Source: the human T2T-CHM13v2.0 reference genome, Homo sapiens
DNA length: 64,000 nt
Assembly: GCF_009914755.1 (NCBI RefSeq)
Contig: NC_060929.1
Direction: 5' to 3' (one strand)
In this document: in pieces, positions 42,427 through 56,267 of the stretch
Position numbering within the stretch: the first letter of the stretch is position 1
Layout: the number at the start of each line of letters is the position of its first letter
Notes under the pieces: model-generated
What the model was told of the DNA's origin: nothing
Seen by the model: the letters and a program-made list of their open reading frames with translations, nothing else
Database searches by the model: none
Made by a program: the position numbers and the translations under genes

Positions 42427-45400
42427 CACCAGCTCTGCTTTCCTCTGCACCCACGCAGCATCCCGATTTGGAGGAAGCAGGTGGCCCAGTGTGAAAGGTC
42501 ATTTATCTGAAAGGAAACATTCCTGAAGTGACTGATGAGTGTGCCTTTCAGCTGGCATATTTGGGGACAGGGGCATTCATATTTCTGAGTCCAGATTCCC
42601 TAAAATGGGATGCTGTATTGCTCATCACATAAGTCTTTATGATGTACCTGTTCATTATTTTCTCAATGAAAAATAGTGGTTGGCTGCAAATTGTGAAACT
42701 GCAATCTCTCTCCATCTCAGGGTATGTGGGCTTTTTAATCACACGGGCCCTCTTTCTTTTCAAGGGCAATTATGTTGTTGATTACTCCACTGTGAGCTGA
42801 GCAGTGACGGAAGGTCAAGTTCCCAAAGTCATGTTCGGATTCATTCCTTGGTTGTGACTGGAAGCCCAGAGTGAACTGAGGTAGGAGGGCTTAGTCCACA
42901 CCAACACAAGCCCAAGCTTGTGGTCCCACTCACACTCAGGGCTGCTCCTCCCCTCCCTTCCCTGCCCCAGGATTTATTAAGCTCTTGCTTCTGTGTCCCC
43001 AAATCAGAAATTCCTCTCAGTAGTCATACCATGGCCTCTTCTAAGGTCCCTGTCCTCATTCTTTCAAGGAAAGTGCGGAACTGTTTGCAGAACCCCACGT
43101 GGCTCCAGCTGCAGCCAGCCACCCTCAGTGTGTCAGACCATGGGGTTGAATGAAGAGAACCACATCCAGACTGGGACAAGCTACAGGTTCTGGAACAGAA
43201 GGGACATCAGAGTGGGAGTTGAGGGGGAAGAGGGCAGGAGGAGCAGCTCTCTCATTCTTCTGAGGGACGTTCAATTGTCCTGCTGTGGACTGTGATGAAC
43301 CCACCTTCATCTGTCCTCCATCACTTTGCCCCTGCTTTTTCCACTCCCCTTGTCTCTTCTTCCCTCCTTTTCAAAGTCACAGAGAGGTGAGGAGTCTGGG
43401 TGGTGCCAGGAAGGCTCATCCATTTCCTAACACCCCTCACTGTCAGCGCTGACACCACGAAAGCCTGCAGCCTCATACTAGCCGTGAATCCATGTCCTCT
43501 GCTGATCTGATCCGGAGTGCGTTTATGTCACTGTCTCTACAAAGCACATGACCACCTGGATTTTACCCGTTGCTCTGGGTTGCCTGTTCGTCAGGGCCCT
43601 TGGGGAAGACACCCCCCACTCTCCCACTCTGCCTGTGAATACCCCCCACTGGGTCCAGCGCCTCTGGGCGCACCCTTGCTGTTCCACCCCTAGGACTTTG
43701 CAGAATTCCAGAGCCAGGGATTTCCTTCTCTTTCTCTTGGATAAGCACTGAGCTTTCCCCACACAGCCTAGGACCCGCCCCTCTTTTCAGCTTTCCTCTC
43801 GCCCTTTCTTAGGGAGGCTCGCTGTCTACCTTCCCCCTCCACCCTGGCAGGTGCTGCGCCCCTCAGTTCTGCGTGAAGACCCTACACACTTCCTTCATTG
43901 ACTTCTGCTCCTTCCGGCCGGCTATCACCTGGACCCTCCTGGACTGGGCTTTTGCCTAAGAACTTTCCAAAAACCACACAAAATAGTGAATGGCAGTTTC
44001 TCCAATAACAATTCCAAATTATCTGAAAATAGCAAACCATGGCTAATTTCTAATGAACAATAATACTCTTCTCTATGACTGAAAGGGAAGTGCCAAGCAC
44101 AGATGTGTGAGAGGCCACAGATGCATGGCCCTGAGCTGAGGGGGAAAAGCGGAATGACTCTGAGCTGATGTACGGCTCAGTTCAAACAGTCAGCATGGAT
44201 GGTAATTGCTATCTGTTTTCCTGAGATCGGAAAGTTGCTTGTAATACGGGTAGGTAAAAAGAATCAAATATAATAGAACTGAATAACTTTTCAGTACTAG
44301 AATAAAATCAATATGTTGCAAGTAATTTCAGAAGCAACAGCAGCTTCCAAGAATAACTATTTATCAGGATGGGCACTTACGCATGTTTAGGGATCTTGTG
44401 AAATAATTTAGTGGTGTTTGGTCAACAGTCAACCGTTCATTCATTTTGCTGTTCCTGAGCCTCCATTGCACACACGGCAAAGTGCTCACAGGTGCTTGCA
44501 TGGAAGGATTCCCTCCGCAGCTAGAAACTTACATTTAGGGATGATCACGTGTTACAAAATTATGTTTACATTTAAAACGCCAATATTCTATCACGATTGT
44601 AAACACAGATGGAGAGCAAGGGAAGCCACTGTTTATTCACCACTTGCCTGTGCTCTCTCTGTTCTTGTGACCTGATGGATTGTGCAGGGTCGTAGTAAGG
44701 AAAGGGAGGTTGTCCTGGGGCCAGGTCGCTGAGTATGCAGTGGGCCAGGTCCCACTCTGCAGCCCCTAAGGGCCTCACCCATAATTTGACCTTGAAGAGA
44801 AACCTCTTCAAGTCTCTCTGCCTCACTCTTCTCTTCTGTGAAACAAGGAGGACAACAGAACCGCCCTCACAGGTAAACGAAGAATTGGAGATATTGAACG
44901 TAAAAGTGCACAGCACGATATCAAGGATACAGGAAATGGGCAATAAATGCTGGCTTCTCTATGCTTGATTCTCACAAGCCCATGAGATAGAGCTGAGTGC
45001 TTGAAACCCATCCTGCACTCCCCAGAAGGCAAAGCCTGGGCAAGGCTGCCCAGCTCCAAGTGGGGGCCCTGGAATTAAACCCTACTTTGCTGTTCTGTCC
45101 TCTGCTTGAACTGCCCCCTTCGCTACACAGGTCCCATCCTTAAGGGCAAACATCTGCGGAGCTGCAGAGTGGGACCCACTACTTAGATCCCTTGTGGGGT
45201 CAGCCCAGGACGCTTGCACCAGGCAAACACCTTCTGTGGTTCCAGCCAAATGGTATTAAAAGCCACCATGGTGTTTTCAGTTGTTTTCAAAGGCCCTCAG
45301 CAGAAACCAGGGCTTTCCAAATGGGGAGTGTTTGTCTCTGTGGAAGGAAAGCATGTTGGAAAACACCAGCAATCTTTTCAAAGGGCACCTGGACATGAGA

Positions 45401-46741
45401 GGTCACTTTCTGTTCCTTTGTAGTCTCGATGTAAACAAGAGAATTCTTCAGAAAATGGTGTGGAAAGTTGTCCCCAGATCCCCTGAGATCTTACAAAATG
45501 TTATATTTTTCACGTGACTGAGTTAGATTTACTACGAGAACTGAAGGTGGAAGAATTCACACAGGGGCACATGATAGTTACAAGGAAGCGATGGCCCCGG
45601 GTCGCAGGCCCATAGCTGGCCCTCTGGCTGCCCTCAGCACTGCACAGAATCCTGGAGAGCAGGGACACAGGAGGTGAGGCAGGGCGTGGACCCCGTGGCC
45701 GGAGGGCCAGCGGCCGTGGGAGAACAATGCTCTGAGACAGTGTCATGTGGCATTTGTGTGGCTTCTCTCCTTCTCTCCACATCAGGCTACCCTCATGAGT
45801 GGCTGGATTTACCTGGGGCCAGTGCTTTGAAAGTGGAGAGATGAATCATTTTCTGTTATATTGTTGTGCTCATGAAGTAGAATCACACATAGGAAATCAC
45901 CATGCACATGGTAGATGAGTAGACAAATAAAAGTGAGTTTGGGTAATGGACAAACCACACCTGAGGTATCGATGTTGCTTATTCTATAAACTTAGAATAC
46001 TCCGTGTGTCCAATTCCTGGCGAAGCAGAATATAAAATTGCGAGATGTGAGTAACAAGTACTTGAATGCGATGTGGGGGCAAATTAGATTTCTTTCTGCA
46101 AGTCCAGTAACTTCAAGAATCGTGAATGACATAGGCTCCCAATGCCAATGCAGAAGACAGCCTGAATTAAATGAACTATTTTATCATCTGTTACTCTCTG
46201 GTCCTCTTGTTTAGGAGACTTAATTGGTGCTTTATCCTGTATTGTTCTTGGAAAAACCAAGTAGCTGATGATATCAGTTTCAACCGTGTGACGCATTTTT
46301 AATCAGATATTTACTTACATTAATGTGCTACTGCCAAAACCAAGGCTCACATAAACCAGATGTTTTTATCACGAGCCTTTGGTATCTGGAGAAAAAAAAA
46401 ATAGGACAGTACAGCATGCTGGCCATTAAACAGAGGGAATTTCAAGGAAAACCATCTTTATAACGTTGTTTTGAATATTCCCATAAATTTCTTAGTTTTA
46501 GGAGCTACATTTGCCTAAACAAGTGGAAATGGTAGTTATTTTGGAAAATAATGGTAAGGATATTTGAATCTGTTTGGCCAAATTCATTCTTACTCCAGAT
46601 TTTTTAATAATATTTTTTTCTAACGCTATTGATCTAAAGCTTGTGTTCTAACCTCTAGCCATCCTCTGAGGGAACCACGGGTGATAAACAAGGTGGAATT
46701 CCATCATATTGATGCCACTGGTCAAGACTGTTTTACCCACT

Positions 46742-47046
46742 TTCTTTTTTTTTAAATTTTCTTTTTTAGGGGATGGGAGCAGAGTCTCACTCTGTTGCCC
46801 AGGCTGGAGTGCAGTGGCTCACTGCTACCTCCGCCTCCTGGGTTCAAGCAGTTGTCCTGTCTCAGCCTCCGGAGTGGCTGGGACTACAGGTGCACACCAC
46901 CACGCATGGCTAATTTTTGTACTTTTAGTACAGATGGGGTTTCTCCATGTTGGCCAGGCTGGTCTTGAACTCCTGACCTCAGGTGATCTGCCCACCTTGG
47001 CCTCCCAAAGTGCTGGGATTACAGGTGTGAGCCGCCATGCCTGGCT
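46742..47046 (-). mobile_element. Alu
   Basis: Reverse Alu dimer with a short internal deletion. Confidence 0.85.
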
Positions 47047-48665
47047 TATTTTTTCTCTTTCTTAATGACTCTCGTCTGGTCTTTCCAATACCCTGGTCTA
47101 ATTCTGAGATCCCTGCATTTGCTTGGAGTTTCTCCTCTGCTTTTGGCTCTCCTCCCAGCCTTCATGCATGTGGGCCTTGCCATGGGCTCCGTGTCTCCCT
47201 TTCCCGGCATTGCTCCATCTCTCTTTTGCTCTGCCTCACTCTTTCCCTCCCCAAGGCTTGACAACCATTCCTTTGCATTTCCCTTTTCTTCTAAGGAATA
47301 ATTTATCTGTTTTTGTATCTGGTGTTATGATGAACCTCTTATTCCAGCAACCCTTCTTGTCACTCCACATCTACCTGAATTTGTGAGATAAATAAAGCTA
47401 TGAGTTTTATACTTCAAGTCAATATTTTTCTTAATTGTCTGTTTAAGTTTAGCTGGAGAGGGTACAGTGATACAAGCAGGCTCATATATTATTGGTGTCA
47501 CCATGAGTTGTTATAACTTTTTGAAAAGAGATGTGGCAATATGCCTCAAGAGCCTTAAGTCATTAATCCTCTTTAACCCAGTAACTGAACTTCTGAAAAT
47601 CTATCATGTGCAACAAATCTCCAACTGGAGCATAAAATCACACACAAAGATATTTATAATAGCATTATTCATAATTGTCCCAAATGCAAAATAATCTAAA
47701 CATCCCATAATAGTAAAATGTCCTGTAATAGTGAAATAATCTTTAAAATGGCAGTAAATAAACCAAAATATTATAATGAGAAAAATATTTGTGTCAAATT
47801 GAGTGACTGGTAAAATGGAAGACTTGTGTAAGGACTTCCTTGGGATTGAGGGGTCTGTCTGGAAATGGATGGAGAGTGGGGGCTCTGGACAAGTTCGAGG
47901 AACGTGGCTGACAGTGGTGTAGAGGGTTGTGCTTACTAAGGGCTGTGGAAGTGGCCTGAGCCTGAGTGGTGCAGGGCAGCAGGCATCTTATTATGCTCCC
48001 AAACCATGTGGGCCAGGAAATTATACAGAGCACAGCGGGAGCACAGGGGCCTCATTCAGAAAGACGAATGGCTGGAGTGACCTGAGACTGGGCCCTGGAA
48101 CCATCTGGAAGCTTCTTCACTCAGATGTGTGGTGCCTGGGCTGGGATGACTCGGTACCAGCCTCCACTCCCATGGCTGAGCAAGTGTGAGCACATGGCAT
48201 CTCCAAGTGACCTGGGCTGGGTCTCGAGGAGTGCTCCAAAAGCCACTGCTGCTCGAGGCCACGTGGAGGCTGCGTGGCTGTGTATGGCTTCACTTCAGGA
48301 GCCCTAGGGCATCATCAGCGCCACCCACTGCATTGCTTGATTGATTTAAGGGGAGAGGACATGGACCCAGTCCCTTGAAGGGAGGAGTGTTAAAGAAGTT
48401 GTGACTTTTTTATTTGAAGCCCCACATTGGGAAAGGGGTAACATTCAATTTGGCTTTTATCTATGAAGACCTAAGCACCAAGGCCCAGGTGGATGGAGGA
48501 GACATCACCAATGAGAGTGCCCATGGATCAGGAAACTTTAGAAATTCATCATGGAGCTAAAGTCTCTTTTCCTCTGCCCAGTGCCCATGTGTTCAGTAAG
48601 AGGAGAACTCATGACACAAAGGGGCTTTAATGTCAAACGCTTGATTCAGTGCGCTCTCAGATCTT

Positions 48666-49103
48666 CATTCCTTTTCTCCACAACCTCACCAGCATCTGCT
48701 ATTATTTGACTGTTGAAAAGGGAGCACTTCTACACTCTTGGTGGGAGTGTAAATGAGTTCAGCCATCATGGAAAGTAGTGTGGCGATCTCTCAAAGAACT
48801 TAAAACAGAATTATCATTCTACCAAGCAATCTCATTACTGGCTGTATACCCCAATGAATATAAATTTTTCTACCACAGAGACACACGCACTTGTATGTTC
48901 ATTGCAGCACTATTTACAATAGCAAATATATGGAATCAACCTGAATGCCTAGCGACAGTAGACTGAATAAAGAAAATATGTTACATATACACCATGGAAT
49001 ACTACACAGGTGTAAAACAGAACAAGATCATGTGCTTTTTGCAGCAACATGAATGGAGCTGGAGACCATAATCCTAGGCAGATGCAGGAACAGAAAATCA
49101 AAT
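48666..49103 (+). mobile_element. L1 (L1PB/old L1PA-like) 3' fragment, left half, with short inverted 5' segment
   Basis: ORF2 C-terminal remnant (MFIAALFTIANIWNQPEC); resumes at 54753 after the provirus. Confidence 0.8.
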
Positions 49104-49557
49104 TGTCAGGCCTCTGAGCCCAAGCCAAGCCATTGCATCCCCTGTGACTTGCATGTATATGCCCAGATGGCCTGAAGTAACTGAAGAATCACAAAAGAAG
49201 TGAACATGCCCTGCCCCACCTTAATTGATGACATTCCACCATAAAAGAAGTGTAAATGGCCAGTCCTTGCCTTAAATGATGATATTACCTTGTGAAAGTC
49301 TTTTCCTGGCTCATCCTGGCTCAAAAAGCTCCCCCACTGAGCACCTTGCGACCCCCACTCCTGCCCGCCAGAGAACAAACCCCCTTTGACTGTCATTTTC
49401 CTTTACCTACCCAAATCCTATAAAACAGCCCCACCCTTATCTCCCTTCGCTGACTCTCTTTTCAGACTCAGCCCGCCTGCACCCAGGTGAAATAAACAGC
49501 CATGTTGCTCACACAAACCCTGTTTGGTGGTCTCTTCACACAGACGTGCATGAAATT

Positions 49558-49575
49558 TGGTGCCGTGACTCGGAT
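49558..49575 (+). other. Primer-binding site complementary to tRNA-His 3' end
   Basis: TGGTGCCGTGACTCGGAT immediately after the 5' LTR. Confidence 0.95.
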
Positions 49576-51282
49576 CGGGGGACCTCCCTTGGGAGATCAA
49601 TCCCCTGTCCTCCTGCTCTTTGCTCCATGAGAAAGATCCACCTACGACCTCAGGTCCTCAGACCGACCAGCCCAAGAAACATCTCACCAATTTCAAATCC
49701 GGTAAGCGGCCTCTTTTTACTCTCTTCTCCAGCTTCCCTCACTATCCCTCAACCTCTTTCTCCTTTCAATCTTGGCGCCACACTTCAATATCTCCCTTCT
49801 CTTAATTTCAATTCCTTTCATTTTCTGGTAGAGACAAAGGAGACACGTTTTATCTGTGGACCCAAAACTCCGGCGCCGGTCACGGACTGGGAAGGCAGCC
49901 TTCCCTTGGTGTTTAACCATTGCAGGGACGCCTCTCTGATTATTCACCCATGTTTCAAAGATGTCAGACCACACAGGGATGCCTGCCTTGGTCCTTCACC
50001 CTTAGCAGCAAGTACCGCTTTTCTGGGGAAGGGGCAAGTACCCCAACCCCTTCTCTCCTTGTCTCTACCCCTTCTCTGCTTTTCTGGGAGAGGGGCATGT
50101 ACCCCTCAACCCCTTCTCCTTCACCCTTAGCGGCAAGTCCCGCTTTTCTGGGAGAGGGGCAAGTACCCCTCAACCCCTTCTCCTTCACGCTTAGTGGCAA
50201 GTCCTTTTCTAGGGGGCAAGAACCACCAATCCCTTATTTCCATGCCCCGACCTCTTATCTCTGTGCCCCATCCCTTATTTCTGCACCCCAACCCCTTATT
50301 TCCACTCCCCAACCCCTTTCCTGCTTTTCTGGAAGGTAAGAACCCCTGAACCCCTTCCCTCCGTGTCTCTACTCTCTGTTTTCTCTAGGCTTGCTTCCTT
50401 CACTGTAGGCAACCTTCCACCCTCCATTTCTCCTCCTTCTCCCTTGGCCTGTGTTCTCAAAAACTTGAAACCTCTTCAACTCACACCTACCTAAAACCTA
50501 AATGCCTTATGTTCTTCTGCAATGCCGCTTGACCCCAATACAAACTCGACAGTAGTTCTGAATAGCTGGAAAATGACACTTTCAATTTTTCCATCCTACA
50601 AGATCTAAATAATTCTTGTCGTAAAATAGGCAAATGGTCTGAGGTGCCTGACGTCCAGGCATTCTTTTACACATCAGTCCCTTCCTCGTCTCTGTGCCCA
50701 GTGCAACTCGTCCAAAATCTTCCTTCTTTCCCTCCCGCCTATCCCCTCAGTCCCAACCCCAAGTGTCGCTGAGGGTTTCTAATCTTCCTTTTCTACAGAC
50801 CCATCTGACCTCTCCCCTCCTCGCCAGGCCAAGCTAGGTCCCAATTCTTCCTCAGCCTCCGCTCCTCCACCCTGTAATCTTTTTATCACCTCCCCTCCTC
50901 ACACCTGCTCTGGCTTACAGTTTCATTCTGTGACTAGCCCTCCCCCACCTGCCCAGCATTTACTCTTAAAAAGGTGGCTGGAGCCAAAGGCATAGTCAAG
51001 GTTAATGCTCCTTTTTCTTTATCCCACATCAGAAGCGTTTAGGCTTTTTTATCAAATATAAAAAGCCAGCCCAGTTCATGGCTCGTTCGGCAGCAACCCT
51101 GAGATGCTTTACAGCCCTAGACCCTAAAAGGTCAAAAGGCCATCTTATTCTCAATATACATTTTATTACCCAATATGCTCCTGACATTAAATAAAACTCC
51201 AAAAATTAGAATCTGGCCCTCAAACCCCACAACAGGACTTAATTAACCTCACCTTCAATGTGTACAATAATAAAAAAAAAAG

Positions 51283-52442
51283 TTGCAATTCCTTGCCTCC
51301 ACTGTGAGACAAACCCCAGCCACATCTCCAGCACACAAGAACTTCCAAACGCCTGAACCACAGCAGCCAGGCGTTCCTCCAGAACCTCCTCCCACAGGAG
51401 CTTGCTACAAGTGCCCGAAATCTGACCACCAGGCCAAGGAATGCCTGAAGCCCAGGATTCCTCCTAAGCCATGTCCCATCTGTGCGGGACCCCGCTGGAA
51501 ATCGGACTGTTCAACTCACCTGGCAGCCACTCCCAGAGCCCCTGGAACTCTGGCCCAAGGCTCTCTGACTGACTTCTTCTTGGCTTAGCGGCTGAAACTG
51601 ATGCTGCCTGATCACTCGGAAGCACCGTAGACCATCACGGATGCCGAGCTTTAGGTAACTCTCACAGTGGAAGGTAAGTCCGTCCCCTTCTTAATCAATA
51701 CGGAGGCTACCCACTCCACATTACCTTCTTTTCAAGGGCCTGTTTCCCTTGCCTCCATAACTGTTGTGGGTATTGACAGCCAGGCTTCTAAACCTCTTAA
51801 ACTCCCCAACTCTGGTGCCAACTTAGACAATACTCTTTTATGCATTGTCTTTTAGTTATCCCCACCTGCCCAGTTCCCTTATTAGGCTGAGATATTTTAA
51901 CCAAATTATCTGCTTCCCTGACTATTCCTGGACTATAGCCACATCTCATTGCTGCCCTTCTTCCCAATCCAAAGCCTCCTTTGCATCCTCCTCTTGTATT
52001 CCCCCACCTTAACCCACAAGTATAAGATACCTCTACTCCCTCCTTGGTGACCGATCATGCACCCCTTACCATCTCATTAAAACTGAATCGCCCTTATCCC
52101 GCTCAACGCCAATATCCCACCCCACAGCATGCTTTAAAAGGATTAAAGCCTGTTATCACTCGCCTGCTACAGCATGGGCTTCTAAAACCTATAAACTCTC
52201 CTTACCATTCCCCCATTTTACCTGTCCTAAAACCAGACAAGGCTTACAAGTTAGTTCAGCATCTGCGCCTTATCAACCAAATTGTTTTGCCTATCTACCC
52301 CATGGTGCCAAACCCATATAACTCTCCTATCCTCGATACCTCCCTCTACTACCTATTATTCTGTTCTGGATCTCAAACATGCTTTCTTTACTATTCCTTT
52401 GCACCCTTCATCCCAGCCTCTCTTTGCTTTCACTTAGACTGA
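51283..52442 (+). pseudogene. Defective HERV-H gag-NC/pro/pol remnants
   Basis: CYKCPKSDHQAKEC knuckle (second knuckle has H to R); protease active-site region FLINTEAT lacks D-T-G; RT N-terminus (QYP...SPYHSPILPVLKPD...LVQHLR) is frameshifted. Confidence 0.85.
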
Positions 52443-54752
52443 CCCTGACACCCATTAGACTCAGCAAATTACTTGGGCTGTACTGCCGCAAGGCTTCAGA
52501 GACAGTCCCCATTACTTCAGTCAAGCCCAAATTTCAACCTCATCTGTTACCTATCTCAGCATAATTCTCATAAAAACACAGGTGCTCTCCCTGCTGATCG
52601 TGTCCTATTAATCTCCCAAACCTCAATTCCTCACAAAACAACAACTCCTTTCCTTCCTAGGCATGGTTAGTGCAGTCAGAATTCTTACACAAGAGCCAGG
52701 ACCACACCGTGTAGCCTTTCTGTCCAAACAACTTGACCTTACTGTTTTAGCCTAGCCCTCATGTCTGTGTGCAGTGGCTGCCGCTGCTTTAATACTGTTA
52801 GAGGCCCTAAAAATCACAAACTATGCTCAACTCACTCTCTACGTTTCTCATAACTTCCAAAATCTATTTTCTTCCTCATACCTGATGCATATACTTTCTG
52901 CTCCCCGGCTCCTTCAGCTGTACTCACTCTTTAAGTCCCACAATTAGCATTGTTCCTGGGCCGGACTTCAATCCAGCCTCCCACATTATTCCTGATACCA
53001 CACCTGACCCCCATGACTGTATCTCTCTGATCCACCTGATATTCACCCCATTTCCCCATATTTCCTTCTTTCCTCTTCCTCACCCTGGTCACGCTTCATT
53101 TATTGATGGCAGTTCCACCAGGCCTAATCACCACACACCGGCAAAGGCAGGTTATGCTATAGTACAAGCCACTAGCCCGCCTCTCAGAACCTCTCATTTC
53201 CTTTCCATCGTGGAAATCTATCCTCAAGGAAATAACTTCTCAGTGTTCCATCTGCTATTCTACTACTACTCAGGGATTATTCAGGCCTCCTCCCTTCCCT
53301 ACACATCAAGCTCGAGGATTTGCCCTCACCCAGGACTGGCAAATTAGCTTTACTCAACATGCCCTGAGTCAGATAACTAAAATACCTCTTAGTCTAGGTA
53401 GACACTTTCACTGGATAGATACAGGCCTTTCCTACAGGGTCTGAGAAGGCCACCGCAGTCATTTCTTTCCTTCTGTCAGACCTAATTCCTCAGTTTAGCC
53501 TTCCCACCTCTATACAGTCTGATAACAGACCAGCCTTCATTAGTCAAATCAGCCAAGCAGTTTTTCAGGCTCTTAGTATTCAGTGAAAACTTTATATCCC
53601 TTACGGTCCTCCGCCTTCAGGAAAAGTAGAACGGACTAAAGGTCTTTTAAAAACACACCTCCCCAAGCTCAGCCACCAACTTAAAAAGGACTGGACAATA
53701 CTTTTACCACTTTCCCTTCTCAGAAGTCAGACCTGTCCTCAGAATGCTACAGGGTACAGCCCATTTAAGCTCCTGTGTAGACGCTCCTTTTTATTAGGCC
53801 CCAGTCTCATTCAACACCAGACCAACTTAGACCATGTCCCCAAAAAACTTGTCATCCCTCCTATCTTTTGTCTAGTCATACTCCTATTCACCGTTCTCAA
53901 CTACTCATACATGCCCTGCTCTTGTTTACACTGCCTGTTTACACTGTTTCTCCAAGCCATCACAGCTGATATCTACCTTTTATACCTGTTTTTCTCCTTC
54001 TCTTATTCCATTTCATTTCTCAATTCATCCAAAACCATATCCAGGCCATCACCAATCATTCTATACGACAAATGTTTCTTCTAACAGTCCCACAATATCT
54101 CCCCTTACCACAAGACCTCCCTTCAGCTTAATCTCTCCCACTCTAGGTTCCCACACTGCCCCTAATCCTGCTTGAAGCAGCCCTGAGAAACATCGCCCAT
54201 TCTCTCTCCATACCACCCCCCAAAAATTTTCGCCGCCCCAACACTTCAACACTATTTTGTTTTATTTTTCTTATTAATATAAGAAGGCAGGAATGTCAGG
54301 CCTCTGAGCCCAAGCCAAGCCATCGCATCCCCTGTGACTTGCAGGTACATGCCCAGATGGCCTGAAGTAACTGAAGAATCACAAAAGAAGTGAATATGCC
54401 CTGCCCCAGCTTAACTGATGACATTCCACCACAAAAGAAGTGTAAATGGCCAGTCCTTGCCTTAAATGATGCTATTACCTTGTGAAAGTCCTTTTCCTGA
54501 CTCATCCTGGCTCAAAAAGCTCCCCCACTGAGCACCTTGCGACCCCCCACTCCTGCCCACCAGAGAACAAACCCCCTTTGACTGTAATTTTCCTTTACCT
54601 ACCCAAATCCTATAAAACAGCCCCACCATTATCTCCCTTCACTGACTCTCTTTTCGGACTCAGCCCGCCTGCACCCAGGTGAAATAAACAGCCATGTTGC
54701 TCACACAAAGCCTGTTTGGTGGTCTCTTCACACGGATGCGCATGAAACAAAT

Positions 54753-55020
54753 ACCACATGTTCTCACTTATAAATGGGAGCGAAACACTGAGTCTACACG
54801 GACACAAAGAATGGAAGGACAGACACTGGGGCCTCCTGGAGGGTGGGAGGAGGAAGAGGATCAAAAAACTACCTTTGGATACTATGCTTAGTACCTGCGT
54901 GATGAAATAATCTGTCCACCAAACCCTTATGATACACAATTTACCTGTATAACAAACCAGTACATGTACCCCTGAACCTAAATAAAGGTTACAAAATAGA
55001 AAATAAATAAACAATGAAAA
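54753..55020 (+). mobile_element. L1 3'UTR, right half of the element split by HERV-H
   Basis: accacatgttctcacttataaatgggag...acatgtacccctgaacctaaataaa plus A-rich tail. Confidence 0.85.
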
Positions 55021-55532
55021 GAAACATTTTAATTTTGGGAAAAACAAGACCTTGATTCCAGGACAGCTATTGAGTAAAACAGCCCATCTTGGATAGTCTG
55101 AAAATATTTCCATTTAAAGTTGGATGAATTTGCATCAGACTCTTGGTTTCTATGATTCATTCATAGAAGTCATTTTCTCTTTTCCTGATCTTTGAAGATT
55201 TATAACCAGAGATTAAAATCCATGCCACGATTCCTGAGATGAATTGTTTTACTATCGAATGCTCATTATATACAATCCCTGAAAGGGTCCAGGAAATAGA
55301 CCTGCATATATTATAGACACAGTTTGTTGGTATCTATCTGAGGATTCCAGGAAAAAAATAATATGAAGGATCAGTCAATACATGAAATTTTGAAAGAAAT
55401 ATTTCTCCCTTTTTTGCCTCTTTGAATTTGAGAGCAAATTATAAGTATTTTAGAAATGAAATTCATGCTCATTCAGTAATCATTCAGAATGTTTATTTCC
55501 AAATCTCTTGATTCCATGTTCTCCCATGATAT

Positions 55533-56267
55533 TGTAACTGCCCAGTGGGTTCACCTTGCCCGCTGCCTAGACAGAGCCGATTCATCAAGAGAGGGGGCCA
55601 TAATCCTAAGCAGATGCAGGAACAGAAAACCAATAGAGAAAGAGTAATTCATACAGAGCCAGCTGTTTGGGAGACCAAAGTTTTATTATTACTCAAATCA
55701 GTCTCCTCAAACCTCCTAGTTTAGGGGTTTTTCATAGGCAGTTTGGGAGAATAGGTTGGGGTGGCCAGGTAACAGGTGCTTACTGCTGATTGATTGGGGC
55801 AGAGATGAAATCATAGGGGGTGGAAGCTGTCCTACTGCAGGCTGAATTGCTTCTGGGTGGGGCCACAGGAGTGGGGTTGGTGGGTCCAAGTGGAGCCATG
55901 GGTGTCAGACATGTAAAAAAAAAAAAAACTGAAAAGATATCTCAAAAGGCCAATCTTAGGTTCTAGGATACTGATATTATTTGCAGGAGCAGTTAGGTCA
56001 GTTGTATGTGGCTGACAATCGTTTCTGCCTGCACCTTAGCAGGGTTAAGGTTCCTCTGCTCCTTCTAGCCTGCCAACCTCTCATTAGCTGGGGAGGGCTA
56101 TTATCATTTAAACTATGAACTAAATGTCTCCCAAAGCTAGCCCAGGAATAATCAAAGGCAGCTGGGGGTGGTGAAGAGACTAAAGCTAGGAGCGGGGTTG
56201 AGCTAGAACAGATCTCCCCCATTGTCACAACCTTCTTGCTGATTCTAATTTTGGAAAGGCAGTTTCA
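55533..56267 (-). mobile_element. ERV1 solo LTR (LTR8-like)
   Basis: TGTAACTGCCCAGTGGGTTCACCTTGCCCGCTGCCTAGACAGAGCCGA ... TTGGAAAGGCAGTTTCA; 4-bp TSD ATAT. Confidence 0.8.

Larger units (their letters stand above)
49104..54747 (+). mobile_element. HERV-H provirus (LTR7-int-LTR7), ~5.6 kb deleted type
   Basis: LTRs 49104-49555 and 54294-54747 (TGTCAGGCCTCTGAGCCCAAG...CATGAAA); 5-bp TSD CAAAT; His PBS; PPT AAGAAGGCAGGAA at 54281-54293; gag CCHC knuckle, protease and RT remnants, all disrupted. Confidence 0.97.

Noticed and set aside
49990-50350. Internal direct repeats (cccttagcggcaagtcccgcttttctgg...) in the provirus leader
   Set aside because: As I recall, a normal feature of HERV-H internal sequence rather than locus-specific.
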